Source: Geosiphon pyriformis uo1
Taxonomy: Eukaryota > Fungi > Glomeromycota
DNA: 64,000 bases
Assembly: GCA_016748015.1 (NCBI GenBank)
Contig: JAAOMT010000135.1
Location: forward strand, 761,326-825,325
Direction: 5' to 3'
The notes below the pieces were generated by a model, which saw only the letters and a program-made list of their open reading frames with translations, was not told the origin of the DNA and made no database searches. A program made the translations under genes and the position numbers. Position 1 is the first letter of the stretch. Every line of letters begins with the position of its first letter. Shown here in pieces: positions 1 through 12,690 of the stretch.

Positions 1-2824
1 AGACGCCTCTTCTCATTGCTACATCAATCCAATTGTATTCTTCCGGTAGCATATCTCCACAAGTCAAACAAGGGGTGTTGTCCCATTTTTTACTTCTTTT
101 TATTAGATAGTCCCATCGCTCTCTGTGGCAAGCCTTGCAGTAATAACAAGTATGATTCTTATATTCTTCTTCAGGTGAAATACAGGCTCCCATTGACGAT
201 AGTTTCTTGTGGCAGTTCTTACATTTAAGGGGAATATAGGGGTGTTGTTTCCTTGGTTCAGGTTTTGAGTAAGGTATATTCTATCCAGAGGTTTTGGGTT
301 TAGTGTGTGGGGTAAAATGTTCTTGTTTTGTTTCATCAGCCTAGTTGGACGTTGATCCAAGAGCCATGAATGTTTCGATTATTGGTTTTTCTTCTTCTGG
401 TTCAAATTCAAAAGCTGGGGCTTTTTCAGAGCGTTTGTTAAATGTACCACAAATGGCAGGTACTTGGGCATGTTGTCCTTGGTAGGAAATTGTTAACTCT
501 TGTGTTTTCCAATTCAGATTAGCATTGGCTTTTTGAAGCCAATCATTTCCAACAAGAGCTTGGTACTGGGGTGCATCCATTACAAGAACTTTGACTGGAA
601 TGGTGATTCCATCAAGAGTGAATGGAAAATTGTTAATTTCTCCTACTGGTGTCTTTTTCATGCCATTAGCAGTGACAATTACTGTTTGAGCTGGTCGGTC
701 GACATTTCTTTTCAACTGTTGCATTAACTGGTAGGTAATAATGCTTCCGGCGGATCCACTGTCTAGGATCAAGTGAATGGGCTTTCCTTCTACTTCAGCT
801 TCTGTGTACATTGCAGTAATGGCTTTTTGCTCATTAGCCACTGCATTGCTAAGCAAGAATGGTGATTCATTTGCTTCAAATTCAAAAGGAAAGATATCAG
901 AAAGATTAGCATTTTCAGCAATTCGGGCTGATAGAATAGTGGTGTGGTTATAAGAAGGGTTTCGTTGTTGTTGTGCTGTAGCTCTACCTTCCGAGAGTGC
1001 AGTATGGTGAAAATCCTGTTCTTCTGGCATTGTTAAATAACTGGGTTGAGTGTGGTAGTGGTTGGGTCTTGGTTGAATGGTATTTCGGGGAACCAATTGG
1101 TTGTTCGAACTGATTCTACTGTTGTTTACTTGGTATCAGTTTTGTGGTGTGAATTGATTTTGTGTAATCAGTCTTTGAGCAGGTGCTTGATAATGTTGTG
1201 TGGGTGGTTGTTGGTATTACTGTTGGATTGGTTGTGGGGTGGGCTGATAATAGTTATTTTGGTATTGGGGTCTTGGTGAATAGTAAGCTGGTGGTAATGG
1301 TTGATAATAAGATTGCTGTGGTGAAGAGTAACGTTGATTACCCCTATTTTGTTGGTCTTGTTGCAGCTTTCTGCAATCTTTTTTCTAGTGGCCAGAGATT
1401 CCACAGTAATGGCAATTCTGGGGCTGGTTATTGGAAAGTGGTGCAAAGTTATTTTGATTTCGTCTTTGGGGTGGTTGATATCTTTGGGGTTGTTGTTGTT
1501 GGTTGGTAAAATAGTTTTCGACCTTCTTTGTGAGTTGGTCAATTTTTTCCTCAGCTGCTGAGCTGGTTTCTCCAATTGCCAAATTTACAAGTTTTGTACG
1601 ATTGGCTTCTTCTATGGCCATTTCATATTTTTTCGCATGCTGTATGGCAGAGTTTAAATCTTCTGGCACATATGGGCGAACCTTTTTAATTAGTTTATCT
1701 TTTAGACCAGCGATAAATTGATCCAAGATTTGAGCATCAGAATAATAATCGTTTGTCTCGAGTTGGTGAATCTGTCTGAGAAGTTTGTTGAATTTCCCAA
1801 TATAAGTCATAACAGATTTGGAGGGTTCTTGTTTGATATTTCGAAAACGATTGCGAAGAGTGATGGAGGTATTATTGTCAGTGAACTGTTCAAGGAAGGC
1901 TGCTTTGAAAGCATTCTAATCATTGAATAGGACAACAAGATTTTTAAACCATTCTCCTGCTGTTCCTTTGAGAAAGTAGGGAATTGTTCTTAACATTCTG
2001 GCAGCGTTCTATCCATTTGCATCTCCAGCTTTAGTAACTTGGTCGAACCATTCTTGGGGACTGGTCTCAATATCTTCTTCATTGAATTCAGAGATTTTTG
2101 TGATGTATGTTGTCATTTCGCCTTCTTTGTTTTCACTGTCTATTGATTCTTCTTTGGTTATTTCAGAGTTGTTTTCTTCATTTGCTGCTGTCTCAGAGTG
2201 TTTACTTTGATTTTCAGCTAGAAAATCAAAGAGATTGGAATTAGTTTGAAGGGGTTCTTGTTGTTTAGTGGGACTTCTGAGTGATGTAAAATCTTCTGGT
2301 CTTGTAAATCGATTCAAGGGTAAATTAGGTGTTTGTGCTTGTGCAAGTGAAGCTGGAAAAGGTGTGATAGTAAGTGGAAGTTTTGAACTGGTTCCCTGTT
2401 CAGGTGTTTGTAAATGTTTGGCAGTTGTTTTCAGTAGTATTGGAGTATTTGGGGTGGTTCTTGAATATTGCTTTAATTTGTTTTTGCCTTTGTTGCTTGT
2501 TTCTGTTTCCAATTCAAAATCAATAGTGCATTGAGACTGCACTGGATATGTTTCTTCACAGTATTTGATAATGTTAAAATTAAGTTCGTGAAAGTAAGTG
2601 GCAAGTGTTTCACTATTAAGGTCTTCAGTTCCCAACTGTGAATAGTGTGCTAAATTATTGTAAAGATTGCTTCTAACTTCTGAGATATTGTAATTTCCAA
2701 AAAGATAATTGTTGATGCAGTTTTCAATGTATTGGTATACTGATTTCTTGACAACTTTAATTCCGTCTGGAATGTTGAATCTTTGCTTGCAGTGGGTGTA
2801 AATTGATTGGTAATACTCTAGAGT
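1..2824 (-). pseudogene. gag-protease-Cys-rich polyprotein, interrupted by stop codons
   Basis: Fragments share one frame (ORF starts 2635, 1810 and 1096 differ by multiples of 3). Bases 1-230 encode the Cys-rich domain KCKNCHKK...TCYYCKAC...PCLTC. Confidence 0.9.
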
Positions 2825-2879
2825 NNNNNNNNNNNNNNNNNNNNNNNNNNNNNNNNNNNNNNNNNNNNNNNNNNNNNNN
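2825..2879. other. assembly gap (N run)
   Basis: Run of N. By homology with 17050-17420 it hides the gag start, the PBS and part of the LTR. Confidence 0.99.
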
Positions 2880-3569
2880 GTTTGTAGGCTACCCTAATGA
2901 TTGTAATAAGAAAAGAAAAGAAAAATAAAAGAAGTGTAAAAGAAATAGGATTTTATCAAGGGAACCGTTTTCTATTCAGGCCTGGAGTCACTAACAGTTT
3001 ACTAAAATTGGTAGCTAATCAATTTCGAAATGTTAGTTGGGTTTTGGGGATTTTCCAAGTACAATAATTAAAGAATTTGGTTTTTCGAATTATTTGATAT
3101 TTATTTCTTTTTGTGTATATAGGAATGGTTTTAAGAGATAAATCTAAAGTAAGATACATTTTTTTGAAGAAAGAAGCTCTTCTTTTATACAACTTGTCGT
3201 CACACTATTCTATGAACTTGAACTTTGCTATTTTCTACAATTTCGCTGAACTAAAGATACATTTTGGCAAACTACAAGTTATTTTGGCAAACTATTAGAT
3301 ATTTTGGTGAACTATTAATTATTTCGGCAAATTTCTACAAATTTTGGCAAACTTCTGAATGTTACATAGTTCGGGATATTGCATGATTAATCATCGCAAT
3401 TAGGTTACATTTGTGTTGTGTATAATTTGGATTATTAATTAAATGATAATTTCGAACATTTTTGCTAATGTAATAAGTGATCATTTGAAATGATAATATA
3501 TGCTAATTAATGATAGGAATTATAAGATAATTTTATGCTAAATAATATCTCTAATTTCATTTGGTAACA
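2880..3569 (-). repeat. 5' LTR of Gypsy copy 1 (partial, family A variant)
   Basis: Aligns with about 7455-8131 and 17420-18097. Minus strand starts TGTTACC. Confidence 0.92.
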
Positions 3570-6500
3570 GTGTTCCACCCAATACTAATTATGAAAATCT
3601 GAATATATTAGACTCAACTCTGACTTGTATGCATCCAAAGCAGCTTGACTGTCTGTGAACAACCAAACTGAACTGAAAAGAGGAATACACTCAAAAGCCA
3701 GTGCTATAGCCTGTAATTCAGCCAAAGTAAAGGACATCATACCAAAAACACCAACACTCAAACCCAAGTTAATGTCCTTAAAAAAGACTGCTGCACCAGC
3801 TTTCCTGTTAACCATGCCCATGTTTTTCAGAGAACTATTTGTATAGACTAACAGAGTATCAGAACTGACACAAAACAGTTGACCAAAAATTGACTCAAAC
3901 TTATGAGATACAAAGACATTCAAAAATTCAAAACCACCCAAAAACAAAGGACTAGTAGAGAAAAAATTTGTACTATTGAGAAAAGCAACAAAAATTTTGA
4001 ACCAGTTAGGAACAAAGTCATAAGGATCAAGTCTTTTCTATCACTTGAAAGTATTCCAACTGAAGACCACACCATGATAATCACAAAGCTAGTCCACAAA
4101 AGCAATATTGTATTGCTAGAAAGAAGAAAAAAATTTGAAAAACTTAGACTCACCAAGGACAGTTGACATAGGCACACCACTCTGAAGATAGAAAAAGCTA
4201 TTTAAAGACTTACTTAGAGACAAATTATACTTAAAAAAACACAGACCACATCTGCCAAAAAGTTATTAGAAGAACTGACCCCTGTATAAACTGGAAAACA
4301 CAAAAGATAGAATAGATGCCAACTTAAAACTTGCAAGTCATAAGACCTGTAAGAAAACAAATGCCTTAAAATCCCATCAGAATTTGCAAAGTTCACAAAA
4401 AATGCCAATTTTTCTTCAAACTGAATCTGTTCAAAAGTTTTTAAATTGTAAAAGAAAGGATGATAAACCATATTACTAAAAAAATCATGAAATAGATAAG
4501 TCTTTAACTTCAAATTCTTATAAATCAAAGAATTCCATTTATTATACATACCAATAAAAATGAAACTGAATTGTGTTTTATAATTAATGACAAGATAAAG
4601 TACAGCTAATACCAAATACAAAAACTGCTTGTCTGAGATGGTTTTTTTTAAAATAAGATTGGCAAAAAACTGAACATTAGAATGTGCTTTAGCCAAGCTA
4701 GGCTTCGAAAATCTATTGGTAAACAGATAAATACTAAGATAATGATGAAATTTGCTCCTTTTGGCAATAGAAATAGATAATCCACTAATCAACAGAAAAG
4801 AACACTCAACACTACAATTAATAGGAATAACTACTGTTTTGTCATTATTTATGGAGATGTTATTAATATGGAAAAAATTACTGGCAATATTTAGAATATA
4901 CTAAATAGCACTTAAATTGCAGTTAATTTAAATAGTATTATTTACAAATACACCAATGGCAAAAAAAAAGGTTAATTTGGCTCAAGATTTAGTATAATCT
5001 GTCTTGGAAACAAAGTAAGAAATCAACTTATATTCATATAAGCTTTCTTGTTTCTTGATTTTACACAACAAAAAATCATAGAATATATGCTAAAAAAAAA
5101 GATAAAAACATCTCCTCTTGATCCAAACCATCATGTACTGAATATTTGTTTGTCAAACCAAAGTCAGTCATAATCCTGTTAATATAATTATCATGAATAC
5201 TGCCAAAAAATCAAATAAACTTGCTGCACATTTTTATTCTGACCAAACTCTTTTTGAGATGCTCTTATCCAACAGAATTATATGCCTTTCACATATTCTG
5301 TAAAACCAACCATAGCTTATGGTTTTTTTTCAATGCATCTTCAATTATTGACCCAACTGCAAAAATAGAAGACTGTGTAGTTGTACCCTTTAAAACTGAA
5401 AAATTGTTCTCACAGAAAACATCATATGTGTTGTATGTCAACAAAATTCTATTAGAAAAAACCTTAAAGAGAATTTTATGTGCAGTTTCAATTAAAGCAA
5501 TAGAACAGATATTTGTTAGAACACCTTCCCATTCATACAGTTTGGAAATCATTGAAACCCAAGCTTTTCTCCAAGAACTAGACATCAATTCATTAACTAA
5601 ACAAAAATTCAAGAGCTCTAAGAGCATATCCAAAATTGTCTTATTACAATATTTTCAAAGTTTATTAGAAATACTAAAGAGTTCAGCAGCTTTGCTATCA
5701 AGAAGATTGGAGACCACACAAAACAACTTATCAAAACCAATTGGATGCATTACCTTTAAAAAAGCTTCATCAAAAACATACTCCAAAGGTTGATATTAAT
5801 GGCACCAATCTCTGAATACATCAGCAATAACTGCATGCTTTCTGGTCCAACTCTCCATAATCATATCTACCTTGGCTTTAACTTACTCAGGTTTTAGAAC
5901 CAGTTTGTCATCAATTACCAGATGATTCAGCACCACTTTATGGAAAAGACATTCCAGAATGCTCCTAATAGTGTGGCTTTTATTCACCTTAAAACTCTTC
6001 ATTTTCCTATCAATAGCATATCTAATGCTTATTTCTTTAGCTCTTTTAGATTTAGCAAGTTTGCTGATATGATATGATTTTTTCACCCTAAAAAAAACAG
6101 AATGCACACAATCAGAATTAACACCAAAATTCAAGAAAGTCCTAATATTTGAGACATTATCATCATCCAAAAAAGACCAAAGATTCAACAGAGATATAAA
6201 TTTACCCTCAAGACTCACACAAGAACACCTAACAATTTTTGATACTAAAAGCTCTAATCTGTAAAATTTAGAAGATTTCTTAGTGAACTTTCCAATGTAA
6301 CTCTTGTATCATTTTCTTTTAAATGTTTTATTAGCTAATAAGATTATAATTTTGCAAACAATATTCCACATTATATCCAAATCCAAAAACCTTTTACACA
6401 TAACAAATTCATTTGAGAACATAATAACATTGGCCACTATAGCACTCTTAAACTTGCATCATTTCAATTCATTAATATTTTTGAAATCAAACTTCCAATA

Positions 6501-7160
6501 ATTCTTATTTGCTTGTTTGTATAGTGAGTTCAGCTATACATCCAATAATCCACCCAAATTCACAGAGACAGAAACAGCTTTGTAATTAGTATCAAAATGT
6601 TTACTGACATCCATAACATTATGACCTACCACCACATTAACCAAATTTGAAGAAATAAATATGTAATCAATTGTTTTTTTTATGCCTTTTGAATTTTTTC
6701 ATGTAGGATTCTTTATGATTAGACTTTTTAATAAAATATTAACCAATCCCAAATTGAGATATTTCTTAAAACTTGTACACCTGTGAGAACCATTTTTATT
6801 GAAGTCACCACCCAAGAAGACAAAAAAGGATTCATTTATAGTTTTTACAATTAGAAAATTAATATCACTAGCTTGGAAGAACCAAACCACAGAAGAAGCA
6901 CCAACATAGAGTCCCAAAATCAAAATAGAAAGCTTATTTTAGAAAAGTAACTTGACAGAAAAAAGCCAATTAAGCATCTTAAAAATTTTACACACATAAT
7001 GAGCCAAAGAAATGTTTATGATGATGGCAACATTAAAGCCCAAGTAACTAGAGTTCACACCAGAAATAAAGACATAGACACCATCAAACTTATCAGCAAT
7101 TCATGGATGGACTTTACTCTTTAACTTAGTTTCAGTAATAATCAAAATCAAATTGCCCAT
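3570..7160 (-). pseudogene. LINE ORF2 remnant: endonuclease (~6700-7160), reverse transcriptase (~4700-5700), RNase H (3585-3947)
   Basis: APE motif FLGGDFN (6699-6923); RT-like AWVSMISK..SIALIETAHKIL..LVLQNM (5289-5633); RNase H motifs VYTNSS..AELQAIALA..LFTDSQAALD. Many stop codons. Confidence 0.88.
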
Positions 7161-8131
7161 TGTTATTGGAGATTTTTGGTCTCTTTTCTTGAATGTTGTA
7201 AATGTTGATTTGCTGTGAATTCATGTTTCTAGGAAGTAGTTGGACCTTCAGTAACTGAATTTATTTTCAAATTATCTCCTATAATTTGAACCACTGGGCT
7301 TATAAGTAGAATGACCAATTTCTTGCCAGTTACTTTATGTAGTTATATTGTAGTAAACGTCAACTCTTTCCCAGGAATTGCTTGTCTAGAAGCTCACTAA
7401 AAAATGTGTAGTTACTTTGCTGTGAAAGTCAACTCTTCTACAGGAATCTCATCTGTAGGCTATCCTAATGATTATAATAAAAAAAAATAAATAAATAAAA
7501 AAAATATAAAAGAAATAGAATTTATCAAGGAAAACGTTTTCTATCCAGGTCTGGAGTCACTAACAGATTATTGAAATTGGTAGCTAATCAATTTCAAAAT
7601 GTTAGTTGTGTTGAGAGAATTTCAAGTGTAATAATTTTAAGGATTTGTTTTTTTGAATATTTAATTTTTATTTAAATATATAAAAGATGATTTGTTTCAA
7701 TTAAGATATTTAAAGTAGGATGCTATGGTAAGATACTATGGGAAGATATATTTTCTTGAAGAAAGAAGCTCTTCTTTTATACAACTTGTTGTAGTACTAG
7801 TCTTTGAACTTGCACTTTTCTTTTTGTTATAATTTGGGTGAACTAAAGATACATTTAGGCGAATTTACAAGTTATTTCACTGAACTATTGATTATTTCGG
7901 CGAATTTTCATTAATTTCGGCAAATTTTGACTATGTTAAAAGGCTCAGGGTATTGTGTAATTTGATCATCTTAATTTTTAGAGTACAAATCGGATTATTG
8001 ATTGAGTAATGATATTTGATAATTTGATTAAATAATAAGTGATAATCGAAATAATAATAATATGTTAATTAATAATAGAAATTATAAGGGTAATTTCATG
8101 CTAATTAATAGCTAAAATTCTACTGGTAACA
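7161..8131 (-). repeat. 3' LTR
   Basis: Direct repeat of 17127-18097 with terminal inverted TGTTA/TAACA. Confidence 0.96.
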
Positions 8132-8819
8132 TAATCTCCTCTTCAAAACTAAGCTCCGTCAAAGTCCAAGTACTATCTGTGATATTAAGATAGTGATTCA
8201 AGATAATTGAAGTAATTTGGTCTGAAAATTGTTGAAATTTTAGTTCTGTGAGTTTTCCAATGTATTGAACTTTCATTGGTTGGAGTATTGGATTTTGTAA
8301 GACGTTTTCACAAGTGTTGAATAAATTATAGAGTTTAAAAACTGCTCTAAGTTTGTAGCGAGTGTTTATTGATCCAGCTGCTGTCTTAAATTCATTGTGA
8401 ATTTGTTTTTGTATAGCCTCAGGAGTGATATTAGTTGCTTCAAGTTCCAGTTTTCGTTCATAAAGTGTTTTTCCAATATGAAAATATTTATATATAAAAG
8501 TATGTTCATTGTTCTGTTCATTAAGAAATAGTAGAAGTTTCTGTTGTATTGTGGCATTTGTTGGAATGTTAATAGGAACAATTAAAAGGTTTTCTTTCAG
8601 TGCTTGCTTCAAAAGTTCTGGTAACCTATTTCCAGAGTGATCTCTTGTTTTTCTTCTATAAAAGTGATAGTTCTGAGAATTATTTACTATTGGGGCTGTG
8701 ATTTCTTTCTGGATGTAATTAATTTGACTTCCATTAATTGTTATGGATAAGTCAGGAAGTGTTTTCAAAGCTAACATTAATTTTTGGGATATTTGTTGAA
8801 TATTTCGGGAAATAATCAT
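8112..8819 (-). CDS. Extra retrotransposon ORF (235 aa) between integrase and 3' LTR; function unknown
   Basis: Uninterrupted ATG-initiated sense ORF that runs through the PPT into the LTR. No obvious signal peptide or transmembrane segment. Confidence 0.75.
   Translation of the reverse strand: MIISRNIQQISQKLMLALKTLPDLSITINGSQINYIQKEITAPIVNNSQNYHFYRRKTRDHSGNRLPELLKQALKENLLIVPINIPTNATIQQKLLLFLNEQNNEHTFIYKYFHIGKTLYERKLELEATNITPEAIQKQIHNEFKTAAGSINTRYKLRAVFKLYNLFNTCENVLQNPILQPMKVQYIGKLTELKFQQFSDQITSIILNHYLNITDSTWTLTELSFEEEIMLPVEF
8132..8148 (-). promoter_or_regulatory. polypurine tract
   Basis: Minus strand TTTTGAAGAGGAGATTA immediately precedes the TGTTACC start of the 3' LTR. Confidence 0.75.
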
Positions 8820-8988
8820 AATAAAAATAACTAATTAATAACAAAGTTTGAAAAAAATAAAGAAATTTATTTTTGGGTATAGGATTTTTATTTGTTTTTG
8901 ATTATTAAATGTTTCTTTGTAATTATTTACTATTTTTGATTATGTTTTGTGGGTTATTAAAAAAAGTTATTGTAAAAATTATGTTGAA

Positions 8989-10365
8989 TTAAGTGTTCAA
9001 GTATGGTTGTTGTTCTATTATGATTATTGGTTCTAAATTTTGGGGAATATCTTCAGGATTAATTAAAGGGGAATGTGTACCAATTTGTGGAATTAATGTT
9101 TCAGGATTATTTTTGGAATGATAGTGTTTCAATCTATCTCCATGTGCAACTTTTGCTAATACTTTGTTATCAAGTCTTAACTTGTATGATCTATTGCTTA
9201 AAATTTCGTGAATATAAAATGGTTTATCCCATTTGTTTTCAAATTTTTTATTTCAATGTTTTTCAGCCTTAGTTCTGTGTAAGAAAACTTTATTTCTAAC
9301 TTTAAATTTATTGGTTATAAGTGGTAATTTGTTGTCATGTCTTTCTTTTTGTTAAGCTTGAAAATGTTCAATATGAGTTGCTGCTATCCTTTTTTTTCTT
9401 TCCAGTGTATTAAGAAGAGTGTAGGCTCTTTTTTGGAGTGTTTCTTGAAAGTTTTCTTCATTAATTGGTTGTACCAGATATGTTTCCACTGTAAAATTAA
9501 TTGGTAATGTTGCTGTTCTTCCATAAGTTAAATCAAATGGTGTGTGTTTTGTAGTATCTTGTTTTAGTGTTTTGTATGCTAATAACACTGATGGAATAAA
9601 GATATTTCATTCCTGCTCAAAATCTGTTGAGACTTTGGCTAAGATTTACACAATGTTCTGTTGAAACATTCTACAAGTCCATTTGTTTGGGGGTAATAAG
9701 GTAATAATAGAGGTTTTTTAATATTGAATTTTTCACAAATTTCTTGTATCAAGTTGTTTATAAAATGTGTTCCTTAATCAGATAAAAGTTCAATTGGACA
9801 TTCATGTCTACAAATAATGTTTTCATAGATGAAATTTGCTACTGATTTTGCATCTGCTCTTTGGATGGCTCTACCTTCAGGCCATTTGGTAAAATAATCT
9901 ACTGCAACTGCAATATAATGATTTTCTTGGGTTGTGATAGGCAGTGGTCTGACTAAATTAATTTCAACTCTGTCAAAAGGTTGTCCAACTTTGATTGAAT
10001 TTAAAGGTTCTGTGAGGCAAGTTCTTTCTCTCTTTTAACAACTATTACAAAATTTTACATATTGTTAAATGTTTTTTTGCATAAAAATAATGTTTAAGAG
10101 TTCTTTGGATTGTTCCATCTCTTCCCAAGTGTGCTGAAGAAGAGTCTGTGTGCATGTTGTATAGAATTGTTTTTTTTTCATTTTCTTGTACTAATCTAAG
10201 TGATTGGTTTGGGTTTTTACAATTTTTGTAATTAATTTTGTTGTGGTGCATGAAATATTGTTTAAATTGGTGTTGTAATCGATGTTTTTCACTTAGAGAC
10301 CAATTTTTTGGCAGGGTAAGAGTCTCCAAATAGTTTTTAAGATTGTTGTAATTTTTGAGATCCAT
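8989..10365 (-). pseudogene. Integrase (HHCC, DDE core, GPF/Y-like tail; no chromodomain seen)
   Basis: MHTDSSSAHLG zinc-binding half; VLLAYKT..TTKHTPFDLTYG; KWDKPF tail. ATG 10365, fragment start 9588 and stop 8989-8991 share a frame, with internal stops. Confidence 0.88.
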
Positions 10366-10420
10366 TGTTATTTTGTTGTTTTGTTGTTAGTAGTAAGTTG
10401 TGGTAAAATTGTTGGTGGTA

Positions 10421-11720
10421 TTAATCTTGCCTTATTCTTAAGAGACTATCAACATTGGTGTGTAATTTTCTTGGTTTGTGGTGTACAAAATATTTGTAGT
10501 CTGTTAGAAAATTATTCCATTGAGACTGTTTGACACTTTGTTCAGTTTTCTTCTTATTGAGCCATTTGAGACCAATATTATCAGTTATGATGTCAAATTT
10601 TTTTCCATTTCTCAGATATTGTTGAAAGTATTTAAGAGCCCAAATGACTGCAGCAGCTTTTAGTTCAGTTGAACCATATTTGAGTTTTGTTGGTTTGAGT
10701 GTTCTACTAGCATAAGCAATTGTTCCCAGCCATTTTCATCCAATTGTGATAGGATGGCACCAAATATTATGTGTGAAGCATTAGTGGCTAGTTGAAACTA
10801 TTTGTTGAAATCTGGGTAAGCAAGAACTGGGGCTGTTGTCAATTTTGTTTTGAGAGTGTTAAATGCTTTTTGTTGTTCTTCAGTCCATTTGTATGGCACG
10901 TTTTTGTTGGTAAGGTAATTGAGTGGTTTGGCAATTTCTAAGAATCCTTTTATGAATTTCCAATAGTAAGAGGCTAATCCTACAAATTCTTATAGCTCTG
11001 TGGTATTTTTGGAAGTTTGGAAGTTTTTGACAGCACTGATTGTTTCTGGATTTGGTTTGACTCCATCTTTGTTAACAATGTATCCAAGAAAGATTAGGCT
11101 TGTTTTTCCAAAGTAACATTCCTCAATATTTAACTTTAATCCTGCTTTCTGTAATTGTTGAAAAACTTCTCACAGGTAGATAAGATGGGCTTTAAAGCTT
11201 GGTGAGTATATATCAGTGTCATCAAGATAGACAACTACTGATTGCCACAAGAACTCTTCATATACAACATCCATGAGTTGCTGAAATGTTGCTGGTGTAT
11301 TGCAGAATCCAAAAGACATAACATTGAACTCATAGTTTCCTCCTTAAGTGGTGAATGCTGTTTTGGATCTATCTTTTGGGTCTATTGCGACTTGCCAGTA
11401 TTTACTTTCTAAGTCTAAAGTTGAGAAGAACTTGGCTTTTCCTAGAGCATCTAGCATATCATTAATTCTTGGAAGAGAGTAGGCATCTCTAATTATAACA
11501 CTATTCAATTGTCTATAATCAACACAGAATCTGATTTTTCTATTTTTCTTTTTAACCAAAACTACTGGTGAGGCCTAAGGACTTTTTGATGGTTGAATCA
11601 ATTCGTTATTAAGCATTCTTTGTATCTCTTCTCTGATAAATTGGTGGCTGGCAGGTGGAACTTAATAGGCTTGTTGTCATTTTGGTAGAGCATCTTCTGT
11701 GTGAATTTGATGTTAAACAA
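10421..11720 (-). pseudogene. Gypsy reverse transcriptase and RNase H
   Basis: KKKNRKIRFCVDYRQLN..DAYSLPRINDML..FSTLDLES.YWQ; VVYLDD near 11220-11237; IAYASR; HTNVDSLLR at the RNase H end. Stops and one frameshift near 10730. Confidence 0.93.
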
Positions 11721-12259
11721 TATCAGTTTTTCCCAAGTTATTGTTGTCTTTTGCAAATATATTTGCAAATTCAGCTATTAGCTGTTTTAATTGTCTTTGT
11801 TGTTGGGATTCTAAAGGACCCATGTTAATTCTAAAGAGTTTTTCTTCCAACAGGTGGTAGTTTTCAGTAGTAGGAGTAATGTTTGGAATTAGAAGTAATG
11901 TATGTCTTATAATTTCGATGAAATTATAGACAATTTGAGAGTTTTTATTTTGGAAAATGTTGCTGTGTATGATTCCAATTTTTAATTTGTTTAATAAGAC
12001 AATAGGATAATTATTGGGATTGTAGAATGTAACTCGAAATTTTTTCATTCCTTTGGGAATATAAATGTTTGGGATTGAGATTTCATGCTTCAAACAGATT
12101 TGTTTATTGGATTCAAAGATTTGTTGGGTAGTGGTGGGTTTTAAGCAGGTGTAAATTTTGTGATGTTCTTCAAAAAGTGAAATAGTAATTGGTTGAAGAA
12201 GTTGAAAAATCTGGTGAGATTCATTTTGTGCATTGAGAGCTATATTTATTGGCACTGTA

Positions 12260-12690
12260 AATCGTTCAGTTGAACCAAAACTTTGCATTCCTCTTTCACT
12301 TTTTCCCAATTGTTCTCTGTTGTTTACTGATTGTAAACCCGAAATGTTGATTAAGGGTAAGTAAATTGCTTGGGCAATTTTCTCAGCATGTTCAATCCTG
12401 AATGGTTTGTTTGTTTCATTCTGTAACATGATGGTAATGTCTCCAGTATATCCTTTATCTATAACTCCTCCTCTAATGTTGATTCTTTTGCTTGCCAATG
12501 ATGATCTGGATGCAATTTGAATTATTGTTCCAGGTGAAATTTCAAGAACAATTTTAAGATTGATCTTTGTCAAGGACTTTGGTTGGAGAACCAAAGTGTT
12601 TTTGCCAAAATATCTTAGGTCATATTCTGTATCAATTTCGTGGGCTTTTTCTGGTTTTATTCCTTGCCCATTGTTGTCAAAGTATTTGAG
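12260..12690 (-). pseudogene. dUTPase domain within the retrotransposon polyprotein
   Basis: All five trimeric dUTPase motifs are recognisable in ORF 11713-12879: TEYDL (AGYDL), RSS, GVIDKGYTG, EKIAQ, RGMQSFGST. Boundaries approximate. Confidence 0.93.

Larger units (their letters stand above)
1..3569 (-). mobile_element. Ty3/Gypsy LTR retrotransposon, family A, copy 1 (5' part; continues left of the window)
   Basis: In-frame minus-strand fragments 2009-2635, 1385-1810 (gag, CCHC knuckle CHYCGISGH) and 341-1096 (aspartic protease LILDSGSAGS) are homologous to the element at 7161-18097. The LTR ends in GGTAACA at 3569 and abuts LINE RNase H sequence. Confidence 0.95.

Noticed and set aside
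5221-5793. 190-aa plus-strand ORF, and other antisense ORFs over repeats and genes (e.g. 1183-1509, 25489-25935, 33331-33765, 51602-52219)
   Set aside because: Shadow ORFs opposite recognised coding or pseudogene frames, with no motifs.
8112-8819. Calling the extra ORF a true envelope gene
   Set aside because: No signal peptide, transmembrane helix or furin/fusion-peptide pattern.
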